Assembly (NCBI GenBank): GCA_034520945.1
Contig: JAXHNB010000010.1
Coordinates: 128,001 to 192,000, forward strand
Source: Trueperaceae bacterium
Lineage (GTDB): Bacteria > Deinococcota > Deinococci > Deinococcales > Trueperaceae
Direction of reading: 5' to 3'
DNA length: 64,000 nucleotides
The translations under genes and the position numbers were made by a program. This document shows, piece after piece, positions 1 to 11,898 of the stretch (position 1 is its first letter; every line of letters begins with the position of its first letter). The notes beneath the pieces are model-generated. The model was not told where the DNA came from and did not search any database. It saw only the letters and a list, made by a program, of their open reading frames with translations.

Positions 1-89
1 ATCGGAGCGCGGCGAACCGCAGGTCGTCCGGCGCGTTCGATGGGCGCGTCATGCGCCGCGGCGGGCGGAGCGCGGGCGGCCGGCGCCCT

Positions 90-1151
90 TCACGCCAGCC
101 ACGTGTCCAGGTGGGCCGCGACGAACGCGTCGTCGTGCAGCTCCGGGTACTGGCGGTAGACGCGGTCGATCTCCTCCTTCTGGCCGGGCGAAAGGCCCTC
201 GTCGGGGTCCAGGCACCACACCCCTTCGAGAAGCCCCTGACGGCGCAGCACCTCGTGCACGCCCGCGATCACGCCGTGAAACCCGTTGGCCGCGTCGAAC
301 ACCGCCGCGTTCACGTCGGTCCAGGCGGCGTTGCGGCGCAGCAGGTCCGCCGGCACGCTATCGCCGTCACGAACGGCGCGGATCTCCTCCATCAACGCCA
401 CGGCCGACCGGGTCCACACCGCCCATTGCCCCAGCAGCCCGCCGACGATGCGCTTGTCGATCGTGCCGCCCTCTACGGGGATCCGGAACGGCGTCAGCAG
501 GTCGGCCACGATGTTGTCGTCGTTGCCGGTGTAGAGCGCGATCTCGTCGCGGCGGCTGGAGGCGCACACCGCCCGGACCACGTCCAGCGTGCGGTAGCGG
601 TCGAACGGTGCGATCTTGATCGCCAGCACGCCGGGGATCTCGGCGAACGCCCGCCAGAATGCGTAGCTGAGCACGCGTCCGCCGACGGCGGTCTGCAGGT
701 AGAAGCCGACCAGGGGGATCACCTCGGCCACCGCCCGCGCGTGCACCAATAGGTCGTCCTCGGACCACTCATTCAGCCCGCCGAAACTCAGCAACCCCAG
801 GTCGTAGCCGAGGTCGGCGGCCAGCTCGGCTTCGCGCACCGCCTGGTCCGTCGCGCCGCGGACACCGGCGATCTTCAGGAACGTCCGGTCGCCGGCCGCC
901 TGGTCGGCGGTCTCGGCGGCCAGGCGCAGGACCGGCTCGAACAGGCCGACGGCGGGGTCGCGGATGGCGAACTGCGTGGTGTGCACGCCCACGGCGACGC
1001 CGCCCGCCCCCGCGGCGACGTAGTAGCGGGTCAGCGCCCGCTGCCGGCGTTCGTCCAGGCGCCGCTGCGCGGTCAACGCCAGAGGATGGGCGGGGATGAG
1101 CGTGCCCTCGTCGAGCAGCGCACGCTTGTCGGCTGAAAGCGTACGGGCCAC
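90..1151 (-). CDS. DHDPS/NAL-like class I aldolase-family protein
   Basis: 353 aa. Has GVHTTQF (GxxT/E-type loop), GFYLQ, IKIAPF Schiff-base Lys and LYTGNDD. Start abuts the stop of the upstream epimerase. Confidence 0.85.
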   Translation of the reverse strand: MARTLSADKRALLDEGTLIPAHPLALTAQRRLDERRQRALTRYYVAAGAGGVAVGVHTTQFAIRDPAVGLFEPVLRLAAETADQAAGDRTFLKIAGVRGATDQAVREAELAADLGYDLGLLSFGGLNEWSEDDLLVHARAVAEVIPLVGFYLQTAVGGRVLSYAFWRAFAEIPGVLAIKIAPFDRYRTLDVVRAVCASSRRDEIALYTGNDDNIVADLLTPFRIPVEGGTIDKRIVGGLLGQWAVWTRSAVALMEEIRAVRDGDSVPADLLRRNAAWTDVNAAVFDAANGFHGVIAGVHEVLRRQGLLEGVWCLDPDEGLSPGQKEEIDRVYRQYPELHDDAFVAAHLDTWLA

Positions 1152-2177
1152 CTAGAACGCCCCCGTGCGCTCTTGAAAGTGCGTGGGCTTGTCCAGCGTC
1201 TCGCCGCCGTGGCGCACCCAGGCCGCCACCCAGTCGATCATGCGTCCCAGCGTCACCTTGGGGTAGCCGAACGCCTGGTGGCACTTCGTGGCGTTGTTCA
1301 GCAGGGCGGTCTCTTGTTCCTCGTGCACGAAGCTCGGTTCCACCCCGAAGCGCGCGCCGAACGCCTCCGCCAACCAGCGGACCGACGTCATTTCGGGGCC
1401 GGTCAGGTTCAGGACGAACGGCGGGACGTCACAGTGCAGCAGCGAGCGGAGGGCGACCTCGTTGGCGTCCCCCTGCCAAATCACGTTCACGTGGCCCATC
1501 CGCAGGTCCACCGGCTGCCCGTTGGCGACGGCGCGGGCGACGTCCAGCAGCACGCCGTAGCGCAGCTCGTTGGCGTAGTTCAGGCGCAGCAGGGCGACGG
1601 GGGTGCCGTCTCGTTCGGCGAAGTGCTCGAAGATCCGTTCGCGGCCGAGGACGGACTGGGCGTACTCACCTACGGGGCCAGTCGGGTCGTGCTCGGTGGG
1701 ACCGCCGCGCGTGAGGGGGGTGAGGGGGTACACGTTTCCGCTGGAGAAGGCGACGATGCGCGCGCCGCGAAACCGTTCCGCCACCCGGCCGGGCAGGTAG
1801 GCGTTCATCGCCCAGGTGAGGTGCTCGCGCCCGACGGTGCCGAACTTCATGGCCGCCATGTAGATCAGGTTCGGAACGTCCGGCAGGTCGCGCAGTTGGG
1901 CCTCGTCCAACAGGTCCGCGCGGACCGTGTCCACGCCCGCGGCCTGCAGCCTCGCCTCCACCTGGCCGCTCGAGAAGCGCGACACGGCGACGACCCGCGC
2001 CTCGGAGCCCGCCTGGCGCAAGGCGTTCTTCGCCAGCATCGCCAGGCTGGGCCCCATCTTGCCGGCCGCGCCCAGCACCATGACGTCGCCCTCCACGCGC
2101 GCCATGTCCTCGACGAGCTCGGGCGAGGGCTCGGCCAGGACGGACTCCAGCTGCTCAGTCGTCAGGATGTCGTGCAT
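1152..2177 (-). CDS. NAD-dependent epimerase/dehydratase (extended SDR)
   Basis: GAAGKMG Rossmann motif, FSSGNVY, YAQS. Start moved to the ATG of MHDILTT, which follows a GGAGG RBS. Confidence 0.85.
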   Translation of the reverse strand: MHDILTTEQLESVLAEPSPELVEDMARVEGDVMVLGAAGKMGPSLAMLAKNALRQAGSEARVVAVSRFSSGQVEARLQAAGVDTVRADLLDEAQLRDLPDVPNLIYMAAMKFGTVGREHLTWAMNAYLPGRVAERFRGARIVAFSSGNVYPLTPLTRGGPTEHDPTGPVGEYAQSVLGRERIFEHFAERDGTPVALLRLNYANELRYGVLLDVARAVANGQPVDLRMGHVNVIWQGDANEVALRSLLHCDVPPFVLNLTGPEMTSVRWLAEAFGARFGVEPSFVHEEQETALLNNATKCHQAFGYPKVTLGRMIDWVAAWVRHGGETLDKPTHFQERTGAF

Positions 2178-2250
2178 GGGCTGCCTCCACGGGTGCTGGG
2201 CTCGGCACGCCAGCATCCGGGCGGCCGCGTCGGTCGTGCGTGTGGGCGGC

Positions 2251-3093
2251 TCAGGCGCGCCATGCCAAGGCCTCCTCGAGGCCCTGCAGATAGCCGATGG
2301 CGCGCGCCGCCGTGGTGGGGCCGTCCGGCTCGTACACGAACGGTTCCACGCTGACCGCGCCCGCGTAGTGGTGCCGCCTCAGGGCGTCCAGGACGCCTGC
2401 GAACGGATCGTCCCCCTGGCCGGGGCCGTGCCGGTTCTGATCGTTGAGGTGAACGTGCCGGATCATGCCGGCGGGCAGCCACCGGTCCAGCAACGCCTCG
2501 ACGGGCGTGTCGGGTTCGCTGATGCGGGCGGCGCGGCAGTCGACCATGGTGCGCACGGCGGGGCTGTCGATTTCGTCCACCAGCTCGGCCGCCTCCGCGA
2601 CGGTGTTGATGAATCGTGTCTCTCGGGTGGACAGCGGCTCGATGCAGTAGGTGACGCCGGCGGCCTCGGCGTGCGGCGCGATGGTCGCGAAGGCCTCGCG
2701 GCCACGGGCGGCGTCGCCTTCGGGGTCGGACGGGTCCAGGGCGCGCTGCTTCGGCGATCCGTGCACCAGCACGCGTCCCCCCAGGCCGGCGCACAGGTCG
2801 ATCAGGCCGCGCATCACGTCGAGGGTCCGCTGCCGGATCGCGGGGTCGGCCGTGGTGATGGAGAGCCCCTCGGGCGCCGTGAGCAGCCAATGCAGGCTCA
2901 CCACGCCGATGCCGGCGTCGGCGGCGTCGCGCCGGACGCGTTCCACCGTGGCGTCGGGCAGGCGGTGCGGCTCGTCGCCGAGGGTGAACGGGGCGATCTC
3001 GAGGCCGTCGTAGCCCAGCGAGGCGGCCAGGTCGCACTGCGCGGCGAACTCCAGGTCGCGCAGCACTTCATTGCAAAGTAGGCGTTCGATCAC
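2251..3093 (-). CDS. Sugar phosphate isomerase/epimerase (xylose isomerase-like TIM barrel)
   Basis: GYDGLEIAPF, CIEPL, MVD, HVHLND and SVEPF metal-ligand pattern. Confidence 0.85.
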   Translation of the reverse strand: MIERLLCNEVLRDLEFAAQCDLAASLGYDGLEIAPFTLGDEPHRLPDATVERVRRDAADAGIGVVSLHWLLTAPEGLSITTADPAIRQRTLDVMRGLIDLCAGLGGRVLVHGSPKQRALDPSDPEGDAARGREAFATIAPHAEAAGVTYCIEPLSTRETRFINTVAEAAELVDEIDSPAVRTMVDCRAARISEPDTPVEALLDRWLPAGMIRHVHLNDQNRHGPGQGDDPFAGVLDALRRHHYAGAVSVEPFVYEPDGPTTAARAIGYLQGLEEALAWRA

Positions 3094-3168
3094 GAGCTCC
3101 TTTCGGTAGGGGCACGGCAGGGTGGCAGACAGGCGCCCTTCAACGTTCCCGGTCCGACGACGAAGGCG

Positions 3169-4692
3169 TCAGCCGTCACCCTTCCCTTCTTCCTTGCTGC
3201 CGAACAGCTTGGCCCAAAGGCGGCCGATCCACGGCATGCCCAGCAGGAAGGTCACCAGGATGCTGCCCCACAGCGCGATGCTGATGGGGCGGGTGAAGAA
3301 CGGCTCCAGCGAGCCGCCCGAGAGCACCAGGCCGCGCCGCAGGTTCTCGTCCAGGATGGGACCCAGCACGACGCCCAGGATCAGCGGCGCCATCGGGAAG
3401 CCGCGCTCGCGCAGCACGAAGCCGAGGATGCCGAACAGCAGCATCACCCAGATGTCGAAGGTGCGGCTGGCGATCGCGAACGCGCCGACGGTGCACAGGA
3501 CGAAGATGATCGGCATCAGCTTGTTGCGGGGGGCGCGCAGCACCAGCAGCAGCGGCTTGGTCAGCAACAGCCCGAACAACAGCGTCGCCAGGCTGGCGAA
3601 CATGACCATGGCCGTCACCTCGTACACGAAGCTGGGCGACTCGATCATGATCAGCGGGCCGGGCCGGATGCCGTGAATGAACAGCGCCGCCAGCAGCACC
3701 GCGGCGGGGGCGGATCCGGGCACCGCCAGGGTGAGCACCGGGATCAGCGCGCCCGGCACGGCCGCGTTGTTGCCGGCCTCGGCGCTCATCAGGCCTTCGA
3801 TCGATCCCTTGCCGTACTTCTCCTTCTCCTTGCTGCTGCTGCGGGCCAGCGCGTAGGACACCCAGGCGCCCATGTCCTCGCCCACGCCGGGGATCAGCCC
3901 CATCAGGGTGCCGGTCACGCCGGAGCGGATGATGGTCTTCCAGTGCTGCAGCACCTCGCGAATGCGCGGGATCACGGAGTCGGCCGCGTCCTTGACGACC
4001 TCGTACGCGGGGTTCTTCATCACCATCAGGATCTCGGCGAACCCGAACAGGCCGACCAGCACCGGCAGCAGGTCGAAGCCGCCCGCCAGGTTGGTGTCGC
4101 CGTAGGCGAAGCGCGCGTAGGCGTAGACCGTTTCCTGCCCCACCATCGCCACCAGCAGCCCCAGGAACCCCGCGATCCAGCCCTTGAGCGGATCGTCGAG
4201 GGCGGTCAAGCGGCCGGAGATCACCACCCCGAACACCGCCAGCCAGAAGAACTCGAACGACTGGAACCGCAGCGCCGCTTCGGCCAGCAGGGGGGCGATG
4301 GTGGCCAGCAGGACCATGCCGATGAGCGAACCCAGCACGGAGCCCGAGGTGGCGATGCCCATCGCCCGTCCGGCCTTGCCCTGCCGGGCCAAGGGGAAGC
4401 CGTCCAACGCCGTGGCGGCATTCGCTGGCGTTCCCGGGATGTTGAGCAGGATGGCGCTGCGGCTGCCGCCGTAGATGGCGCCGACGTACATGCAGATCAA
4501 GATCAGGATCGCGTCGTTGGTGGGCAGCCCGAACGTCAGGGTGGTCAAGAGCGCCACCCCCAGCGTGGCGGTCAGGCCGGGCAGCATCCCGACGCTGATA
4601 CCGAGCAGCGTGGCCCACAACACGTTGAAGATAGACTCGAAGCCGAGAAAGCTGACGACGGCTGCAGCGAAATAGCCTAGTCCCTCGAACAC
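3169..4692 (-). CDS. tctA: Tripartite tricarboxylate transporter large permease, TctA family
   Basis: GMLPGL, YGGSRSAILLNIPGTP, EAGNNAA and GIRPGP motifs; 507 aa, hydrophobic. Confidence 0.93.
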   Translation of the reverse strand: MFEGLGYFAAAVVSFLGFESIFNVLWATLLGISVGMLPGLTATLGVALLTTLTFGLPTNDAILILICMYVGAIYGGSRSAILLNIPGTPANAATALDGFPLARQGKAGRAMGIATSGSVLGSLIGMVLLATIAPLLAEAALRFQSFEFFWLAVFGVVISGRLTALDDPLKGWIAGFLGLLVAMVGQETVYAYARFAYGDTNLAGGFDLLPVLVGLFGFAEILMVMKNPAYEVVKDAADSVIPRIREVLQHWKTIIRSGVTGTLMGLIPGVGEDMGAWVSYALARSSSKEKEKYGKGSIEGLMSAEAGNNAAVPGALIPVLTLAVPGSAPAAVLLAALFIHGIRPGPLIMIESPSFVYEVTAMVMFASLATLLFGLLLTKPLLLVLRAPRNKLMPIIFVLCTVGAFAIASRTFDIWVMLLFGILGFVLRERGFPMAPLILGVVLGPILDENLRRGLVLSGGSLEPFFTRPISIALWGSILVTFLLGMPWIGRLWAKLFGSKEEGKGDG

Positions 4693-4710
4693 GGGTGCAC
4701 GACTCCTGCG

Positions 4711-5214
4711 CTAGGGAAGGTTGACGAGGAAGATCTCCTCGAACACGAATGCCACGCCGAAGGCGACGGGGAGCGCCACGGCGACCGCGACGGCCAAGCG
4801 CCGCAGCCGAACGCCGAGGGGGTCGCCGGCCTGCCAGTCGAACGCGGCGACGGCTACGAACACGAACACGAACGTGGCCAGCCAGAACGGCATCCGGCCG
4901 ACCAGCCCGCCGGCGTACCCGACGCTCAAGGCGAGCATGAGCAGAAGGCGGCGGGCGCCTTCGCCCGTGCCGCCTTCCTGCTCACCTGCCGGGCCGGCGT
5001 CGTCTCGGAGCGCCCCCTGCCGAAGGGAGCGCACCAGCATCACCAGCCCGAACGCTGCGATCACGAGGCCGAGGAGGCCGGGGACCAGGCCCGGCGCGGT
5101 GGCCAGGCTGCCGCCGATTTGTTCGAAGCGTGGCATGCGCCACGATTCGACGGTGACGGCGACGCCGAACGCGGTCAGCACCAGTGAGGTGACGAAGTCG
5201 GTCTTGGCGTTCAC
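4711..5214 (-). CDS. tctB: Tripartite tricarboxylate transporter small permease, TctB family
   Basis: About 4 TM segments, C-terminal FEEIFLVNLP; lies between tctC and tctA. Confidence 0.88.
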   Translation of the reverse strand: MNAKTDFVTSLVLTAFGVAVTVESWRMPRFEQIGGSLATAPGLVPGLLGLVIAAFGLVMLVRSLRQGALRDDAGPAGEQEGGTGEGARRLLLMLALSVGYAGGLVGRMPFWLATFVFVFVAVAAFDWQAGDPLGVRLRRLAVAVAVALPVAFGVAFVFEEIFLVNLP

Positions 5215-5268
5215 TGTTGCCTACACGTCCTCCTGCACGTACGTCCCTCGGCCTCGGCGCTCAGGGCG

Positions 5269-6288
5269 TCACTCCGGGCGCGGGATGCCGACTTCGCTAG
5301 GCTCGATGGGGGCCTTGTCCCCGTCGTACAGCGTCCAGGCCTGATGCTGGATGCTGGGCCATGCCTTCTCTGCGGCCTCTTCGCCGTAGATGGGCGTGAA
5401 CAGCGCGCCGCGCTCCTGGGCGTAGCTCTGCAGCGCCTCGGAGTTCACGATGACGTCCTCCCACACCTGGTTCATGGTCTCGACGACCTCGTCGGGGATG
5501 CCGACGGGCGCCCAGATGCCGAAGTAGTTCATCGGGATCGACATGTCGGGCAGCCACTGCGTGATCGGGGGGATCTCGCCGTAGCCCTCGATGGTGAGCG
5601 GCTGGTCGCTGTACGCCGCCAAGGGGCGGATTCGGTCGGCGCGGATCATTTCGGCCTGTTCGACGGCCAGCTGGGTGGTGACCTCGGCCTCGCCGGAGAC
5701 GGTCGCGATCACGGCCGGGTTGCCGCCGTCGTAGGAGACGTGGTTGTACTCGACGCCGGTGGCCTGCGCGATGTTCTCCATCACGGTGTGCCCGGCGGAG
5801 GACAGGCCGGCCGTGGCGACGGACACCTCGCCGGGGTTGGCTTCCATCGCGTCCAGCAGGTCCTGGAAGTCCTCGTAGGGCGTGCCCGGGTTCACGCCGA
5901 CGACGCCGGTGTTGGCGACGTCGAAGTAGAGGTGCCAGTCGTCGATGCTGGTGTTCAACATGTCCAGCACAGGGTAGGTCCCGAGGTCGCGCACGGCGCC
6001 GGCGGCCCAGGTGTAGCCGTCGCGGTCGGCCTCCCAGGCGTTGGTGGTGCCGATCGAGCCGCTGGCGCCGGGTTGGTTGACGACCACGACGCTGGTACCG
6101 AGGGCGCCTTCGAGTTCGGACGCCACGATGCGGGTCACCTGGTCGGTCGAGCCGCCGGCGGCCCAGGGCACGATGATGTTGATCGGTCGGGTCGGCTCCC
6201 AGGGGTAGTCGTTCTGGGCGAGGGCAGCGCCGGACACCAGTCCGACCGCCACCATGAGTGCGAATGCCGTCTTGATCAGTCGTTGCAC
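5269..6288 (-). CDS. tctC: Tripartite tricarboxylate transporter substrate-binding protein (TctC/Bug)
   Basis: Signal peptide ending ALA-Q, IVPWAAGGSTD, VVNQPGASG, YDGGNPA. GTG start after an AAGGAG RBS. Confidence 0.92.
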   Translation of the reverse strand: MQRLIKTAFALMVAVGLVSGAALAQNDYPWEPTRPINIIVPWAAGGSTDQVTRIVASELEGALGTSVVVVNQPGASGSIGTTNAWEADRDGYTWAAGAVRDLGTYPVLDMLNTSIDDWHLYFDVANTGVVGVNPGTPYEDFQDLLDAMEANPGEVSVATAGLSSAGHTVMENIAQATGVEYNHVSYDGGNPAVIATVSGEAEVTTQLAVEQAEMIRADRIRPLAAYSDQPLTIEGYGEIPPITQWLPDMSIPMNYFGIWAPVGIPDEVVETMNQVWEDVIVNSEALQSYAQERGALFTPIYGEEAAEKAWPSIQHQAWTLYDGDKAPIEPSEVGIPRPE

Positions 6289-6347
6289 GTGGGTCTCCTT
6301 CTTGCCTCTCGGCAGATGGGAATGGCTCGGCGTTTCTCCGTCCAAGC

Positions 6348-6359
6348 GTTAACGTTCAC
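6348..6359. promoter_or_regulatory. Putative LacI-family operator
   Basis: Near-palindrome GTTAACGTTCAC with AACGTT core, about 60 bp upstream of tctC. Confidence 0.4.
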
Positions 6360-6739
6360 GCGTCGCGCGCGGTCCAGCACTGATCCAGGCGCATCGCCTC
6401 CCTTCCCGGTCGCTCGCTACGTGCCACGAAGGTAGCATCCGAACGTGCTCGCACGTCGATCCGCGGGGATCGCTTCCGTACAAGACAACAAGAGGGAAGT
6501 CGTGAACGACCGGGACGACTTCGTATCGTCGCCGCTCGAACCTTCTGCCACGCTTCCGTTCTTGAGGAGCGAAGATATCACGGCGGGATCGGGCGGTCAA
6601 CGCACCCGCACGCCCGCGCGACACGTGGGATCGGTTGCCGTCACCGGGGCGCAGGGATCGAGCTCGAAGCCGGCGCGCCGTCGCGAATTCGGCTCTGCGG
6701 GTTCGAGGCGCCTCGAAAACGACCTTGGAACGTCCGGGG

Positions 6740-7087
6740 TCAGGGACCGTCGCTGCCCAGCACCTCTCCGCGGTGCACGATGCCGGCCACGCGGGGGACG
6801 TCGAGCAGGAACACGATGCCCTTGCCGGGCTCGTCCAGCTTGCCGGCCTTCACCATCGCGTTCAGCACCGAATCGGCCACGGCGTTGGACACCAACACCA
6901 GCAGGACGTCCTTTTCCGGTTCGATCGGCAGGCCGAACAGCTTTTGACCTTCGTGCACGCCGGTGCCGCGTCCGGGCACGATGGTCGCGCCCTCCGAGCC
7001 GGCCTTCTTGGCGGCCTCGACCAACGGACCGTAGCGGCCTTGCGGCACGATGGCGACGAGCAGCTTGAAACGGGCAGCGTCAGACAT
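6740..7087 (-). CDS. PII-like (GlnB family) regulator
   Basis: GATIVPGRGTG and PGKGIVF motifs; 115 aa; downstream of the DUF1538 pair. Confidence 0.85.
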   Translation of the reverse strand: MSDAARFKLLVAIVPQGRYGPLVEAAKKAGSEGATIVPGRGTGVHEGQKLFGLPIEPEKDVLLVLVSNAVADSVLNAMVKAGKLDEPGKGIVFLLDVPRVAGIVHRGEVLGSDGP

Positions 7088-7802
7088 GGTTGTCCCTCCG
7101 GCGGAGTGCGAGGCTCAGCGCGAGCATGGTGATGATCGGCCCGAGGGCGATGATGCCCACCACCCCGAACCCGAGCGACCCGACGTCCTGGCCCCACAGG
7201 CCCATCGCCATGCCGGTGGTGAGCGGCAGTACGAAGTTCACGGCGACCGGGCCGGTGGCGACGGCCCCCGCGTCGAAGGCGGCCGGTACCAGGTCGCGGG
7301 GCGCCAGCAGGGTGAGCACGATCACCAGCGCATAGCCCGGCGTCAGCACCGCGGTCAGCGGCAGGCCCGCCGTGATCCGCACCACGGCGACCGCGATCGC
7401 AAGGCCGACGCCGAGGGCGATCGCCGCCGTGACCACGCGCCTGCGCATCGAGCCGGCGGAGACGTCCTCGATCTCCAGCGCCAGGATCCGCACGGCCGGC
7501 TCTGCCAGCGCCACGGCCGTGCCCAGAATGAAGGCGAACCCCACCACGCTGAGCAGCGGCGCGTCGACCAGGCGTTCGCCGATCGCGACGCCCATGGGGA
7601 TCAGGCTCATCTTCGCCCCTACGATGAACAGGAAGAAGCCGACCATCGCCATTGCGATGCCGGTGATTACGGCTCGGGGGTTTCGTACGCCGCTGCGCAG
7701 CACCACGAACTGGAAGAAGGCGATCAGGACCAGGACCGGCACGGTGGCCTCGATCACTTCGATTCCGGCGTCCAGCACGATGTGCGCGATGTCGGTGGTC
7801 AT
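7080..7802 (-). CDS. DUF1538-family membrane protein
   Basis: AEPA, AFDAGAVATGP and GFG..ALGP motifs. Confidence 0.85.
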   Translation of the reverse strand: MTTDIAHIVLDAGIEVIEATVPVLVLIAFFQFVVLRSGVRNPRAVITGIAMAMVGFFLFIVGAKMSLIPMGVAIGERLVDAPLLSVVGFAFILGTAVALAEPAVRILALEIEDVSAGSMRRRVVTAAIALGVGLAIAVAVVRITAGLPLTAVLTPGYALVIVLTLLAPRDLVPAAFDAGAVATGPVAVNFVLPLTTGMAMGLWGQDVGSLGFGVVGIIALGPIITMLALSLALRRRDNHV

Positions 7803-8503
7803 CCGCTCCCTCCGAACATGCCCCAGAGGAGGACCATGAGCACGGGGCCGATCGATGCGATGGCCATCAGGCCGAAGCTGGACCCCATGCGGCTCCGCCC
7901 GCCCAGCACCGCGGACACGCCGACGCCCAGGGCGATCAGGAACGGCACCGTCATCGGCCCGGTCGTCACCGCGCCCAGATCGAAGGCCTGCGTGACGACG
8001 TCGTCGCGGGCGAACCAGCTGAGCGCCACCACGAGCACGTAGCCGGGCACGAGGAAATACGCGATCGGGATCGCGAACGCGTTTCGGATCAGCGCCAGCA
8101 CCGAGAACAGGCCCAGACCCGCGGCCGCCGCAGCGATCAACGCGCCGCGGTTCACGGCGTCACCGACGGATTCCTGCAGTTGAAAGGTCAGCAGGCGCAC
8201 GTCCGGTTCGGCGACGGTCAGCACGATGCCGAGCAGGAACCCGAACACCAGCAACAGCGTGAACGCGCGGCGTTGGATGAAGGCCGAGCCGATCCCTTCG
8301 CCCAGGGGGAGCAGCCCGAGCTTGGCCCCCTGCAGGAACAGCACGAAGCCGGTGACGGTGCAGACCAGTCCGACCAGGACCTGGGCGAATTCGGCCGCCG
8401 GCATGCGAAGCACGAAGACCTGCGCCGCGATCATGAACGCGATCGCGGGCGCCAAAGAGACGGAGGTTTCGATCAGTTCGCGCCGGAGGTCGCCGAAGCT
8501 CAT
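7799..8503 (-). CDS. DUF1538-family membrane protein
   Basis: AEPDV, AFDLGAVTTGPMTVPF and FGL..ASIGP motifs. Confidence 0.87.
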   Translation of the reverse strand: MSFGDLRRELIETSVSLAPAIAFMIAAQVFVLRMPAAEFAQVLVGLVCTVTGFVLFLQGAKLGLLPLGEGIGSAFIQRRAFTLLLVFGFLLGIVLTVAEPDVRLLTFQLQESVGDAVNRGALIAAAAAGLGLFSVLALIRNAFAIPIAYFLVPGYVLVVALSWFARDDVVTQAFDLGAVTTGPMTVPFLIALGVGVSAVLGGRSRMGSSFGLMAIASIGPVLMVLLWGMFGGSG

Positions 8504-8680
8504 GCCGGACGCGCGTAGCCACGCGTCGGCGGTCGCCGTCCGGCGTCACGCACCGCCTGCCGTCCAGGTGCCACACGCAGTCGCTCCGCGTGACCCGTTG
8601 GAGTCTGCATACGCCTCCCCTCGCGCTACATTCTAGCGTGCGAGGGGCCGACGCGATCGACGTACGTCAGCGCCGCGACG

Positions 8681-8896
8681 TCAGGCGTCGCGCCGTACGT
8701 TGCGGCCGGTACGAACCCCGAACAGGGTGTATAGGGGACAGAACCCCGCCGCCGCCGTGACGAGAAGCACCGCCCCGACGATGCCGATGGCCCAACTCCA
8801 TCCCAGCGGCACCACGCCCACGAGCGCCACTACGAGCGCAATGGCCCCCAGAAGGGCACGGATTCCTCGGTCCAGGCCAGCCATGTTTCGCGTCAT
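8681..8896 (-). CDS. DUF2892/YgaP-like small membrane protein
   Basis: 71 aa; NM..DR..R start, two TM segments, GFCPLY.LFG; AAGGAGG RBS. Confidence 0.85.
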   Translation of the reverse strand: MTRNMAGLDRGIRALLGAIALVVALVGVVPLGWSWAIGIVGAVLLVTAAAGFCPLYTLFGVRTGRNVRRDA

Positions 8897-9017
8897 GGGT
8901 GTCCTCCTTCGAGGTCGACGATAGAACGCACACGCACGCCTCGTAAGGGCCAAAAGGCCTTGTCGAGCGGGGAGGCGTGGGGGGTACGCAGCGTCCGCGC
9001 CCAGGACGTATAGCCCC

Positions 9018-9046
9018 TTGCCACCCCACCGGGGGTGGGTTAACCT
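9018..9046 (+). promoter_or_regulatory. copA promoter with G/C-tract inverted repeat (CsoR-like operator)
   Basis: TTGCCA-17 nt-TAACCT, with CCCACC-GGG-GGTGGG in the spacer. Confidence 0.6.
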
Positions 9047-9110
9047 CACAGCACGACGGACGGGACGGCACGCCCCACGACGGGGCCGCCGGAGTCCCCT
9101 GGGAGGTCAA

Positions 9111-11612
<2,502 letters not shown>

Positions 11613-11619
11613 GGGGCCG

Positions 11620-11794
11620 CCTCGAGCCACGCCTGCGCGCGGCGGATGAAGCGCACCCGTTCCGCTGCAGCCGCGGGAAAGGTGCGGTACCCACGGGCGC
11701 TGCGCTGGGCCTGCAACGCCCCGCGTTCCTTTCAATAGCGCAACGTCTTGACGCTCTCGCCGGTTTCGCGTGCACGCTGTCCGATCGGCTTCAT
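11620..11794 (-). pseudogene. MerR-family regulator remnant (nonsense mutation, truncated)
   Basis: Manual translation MKPIGQRARETGESVKTLRY*KERGALQAQRSARGYRTFPAAAAERVRFIRRAQA matches a MerR wHTH. In-frame TGA at 11732-11734; no metal-binding C-terminus. Confidence 0.85.
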
Positions 11795-11892
11795 GGGCGC
11801 ATTGCGCCACCGTTGCTGGCCTCCTGCAGTGCGCGGGCCAGCGTCCGCCGGCTGGGCCATCCGCGCAGGTACAGGAGCTCGACCTGGATCAT
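11791..11892 (-). pseudogene. Remnant of a small thioredoxin-like metal-resistance-associated protein
   Basis: 33-aa MIQVELLYLRGWPSRRTLARALQEA... resembles 'IELLYFDGCP' N-termini, with the Cys replaced by Trp. Its stop overlaps the merR start (ATGA). Confidence 0.55.
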
Positions 11893-11898
11893 GCCGCG

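Noticed and set aside
11732..11734. TGA in merR as recoded Trp/Sec
   Set aside because: The gene is also truncated and has other degenerate substitutions, and TGA is the usual stop elsewhere in the window.
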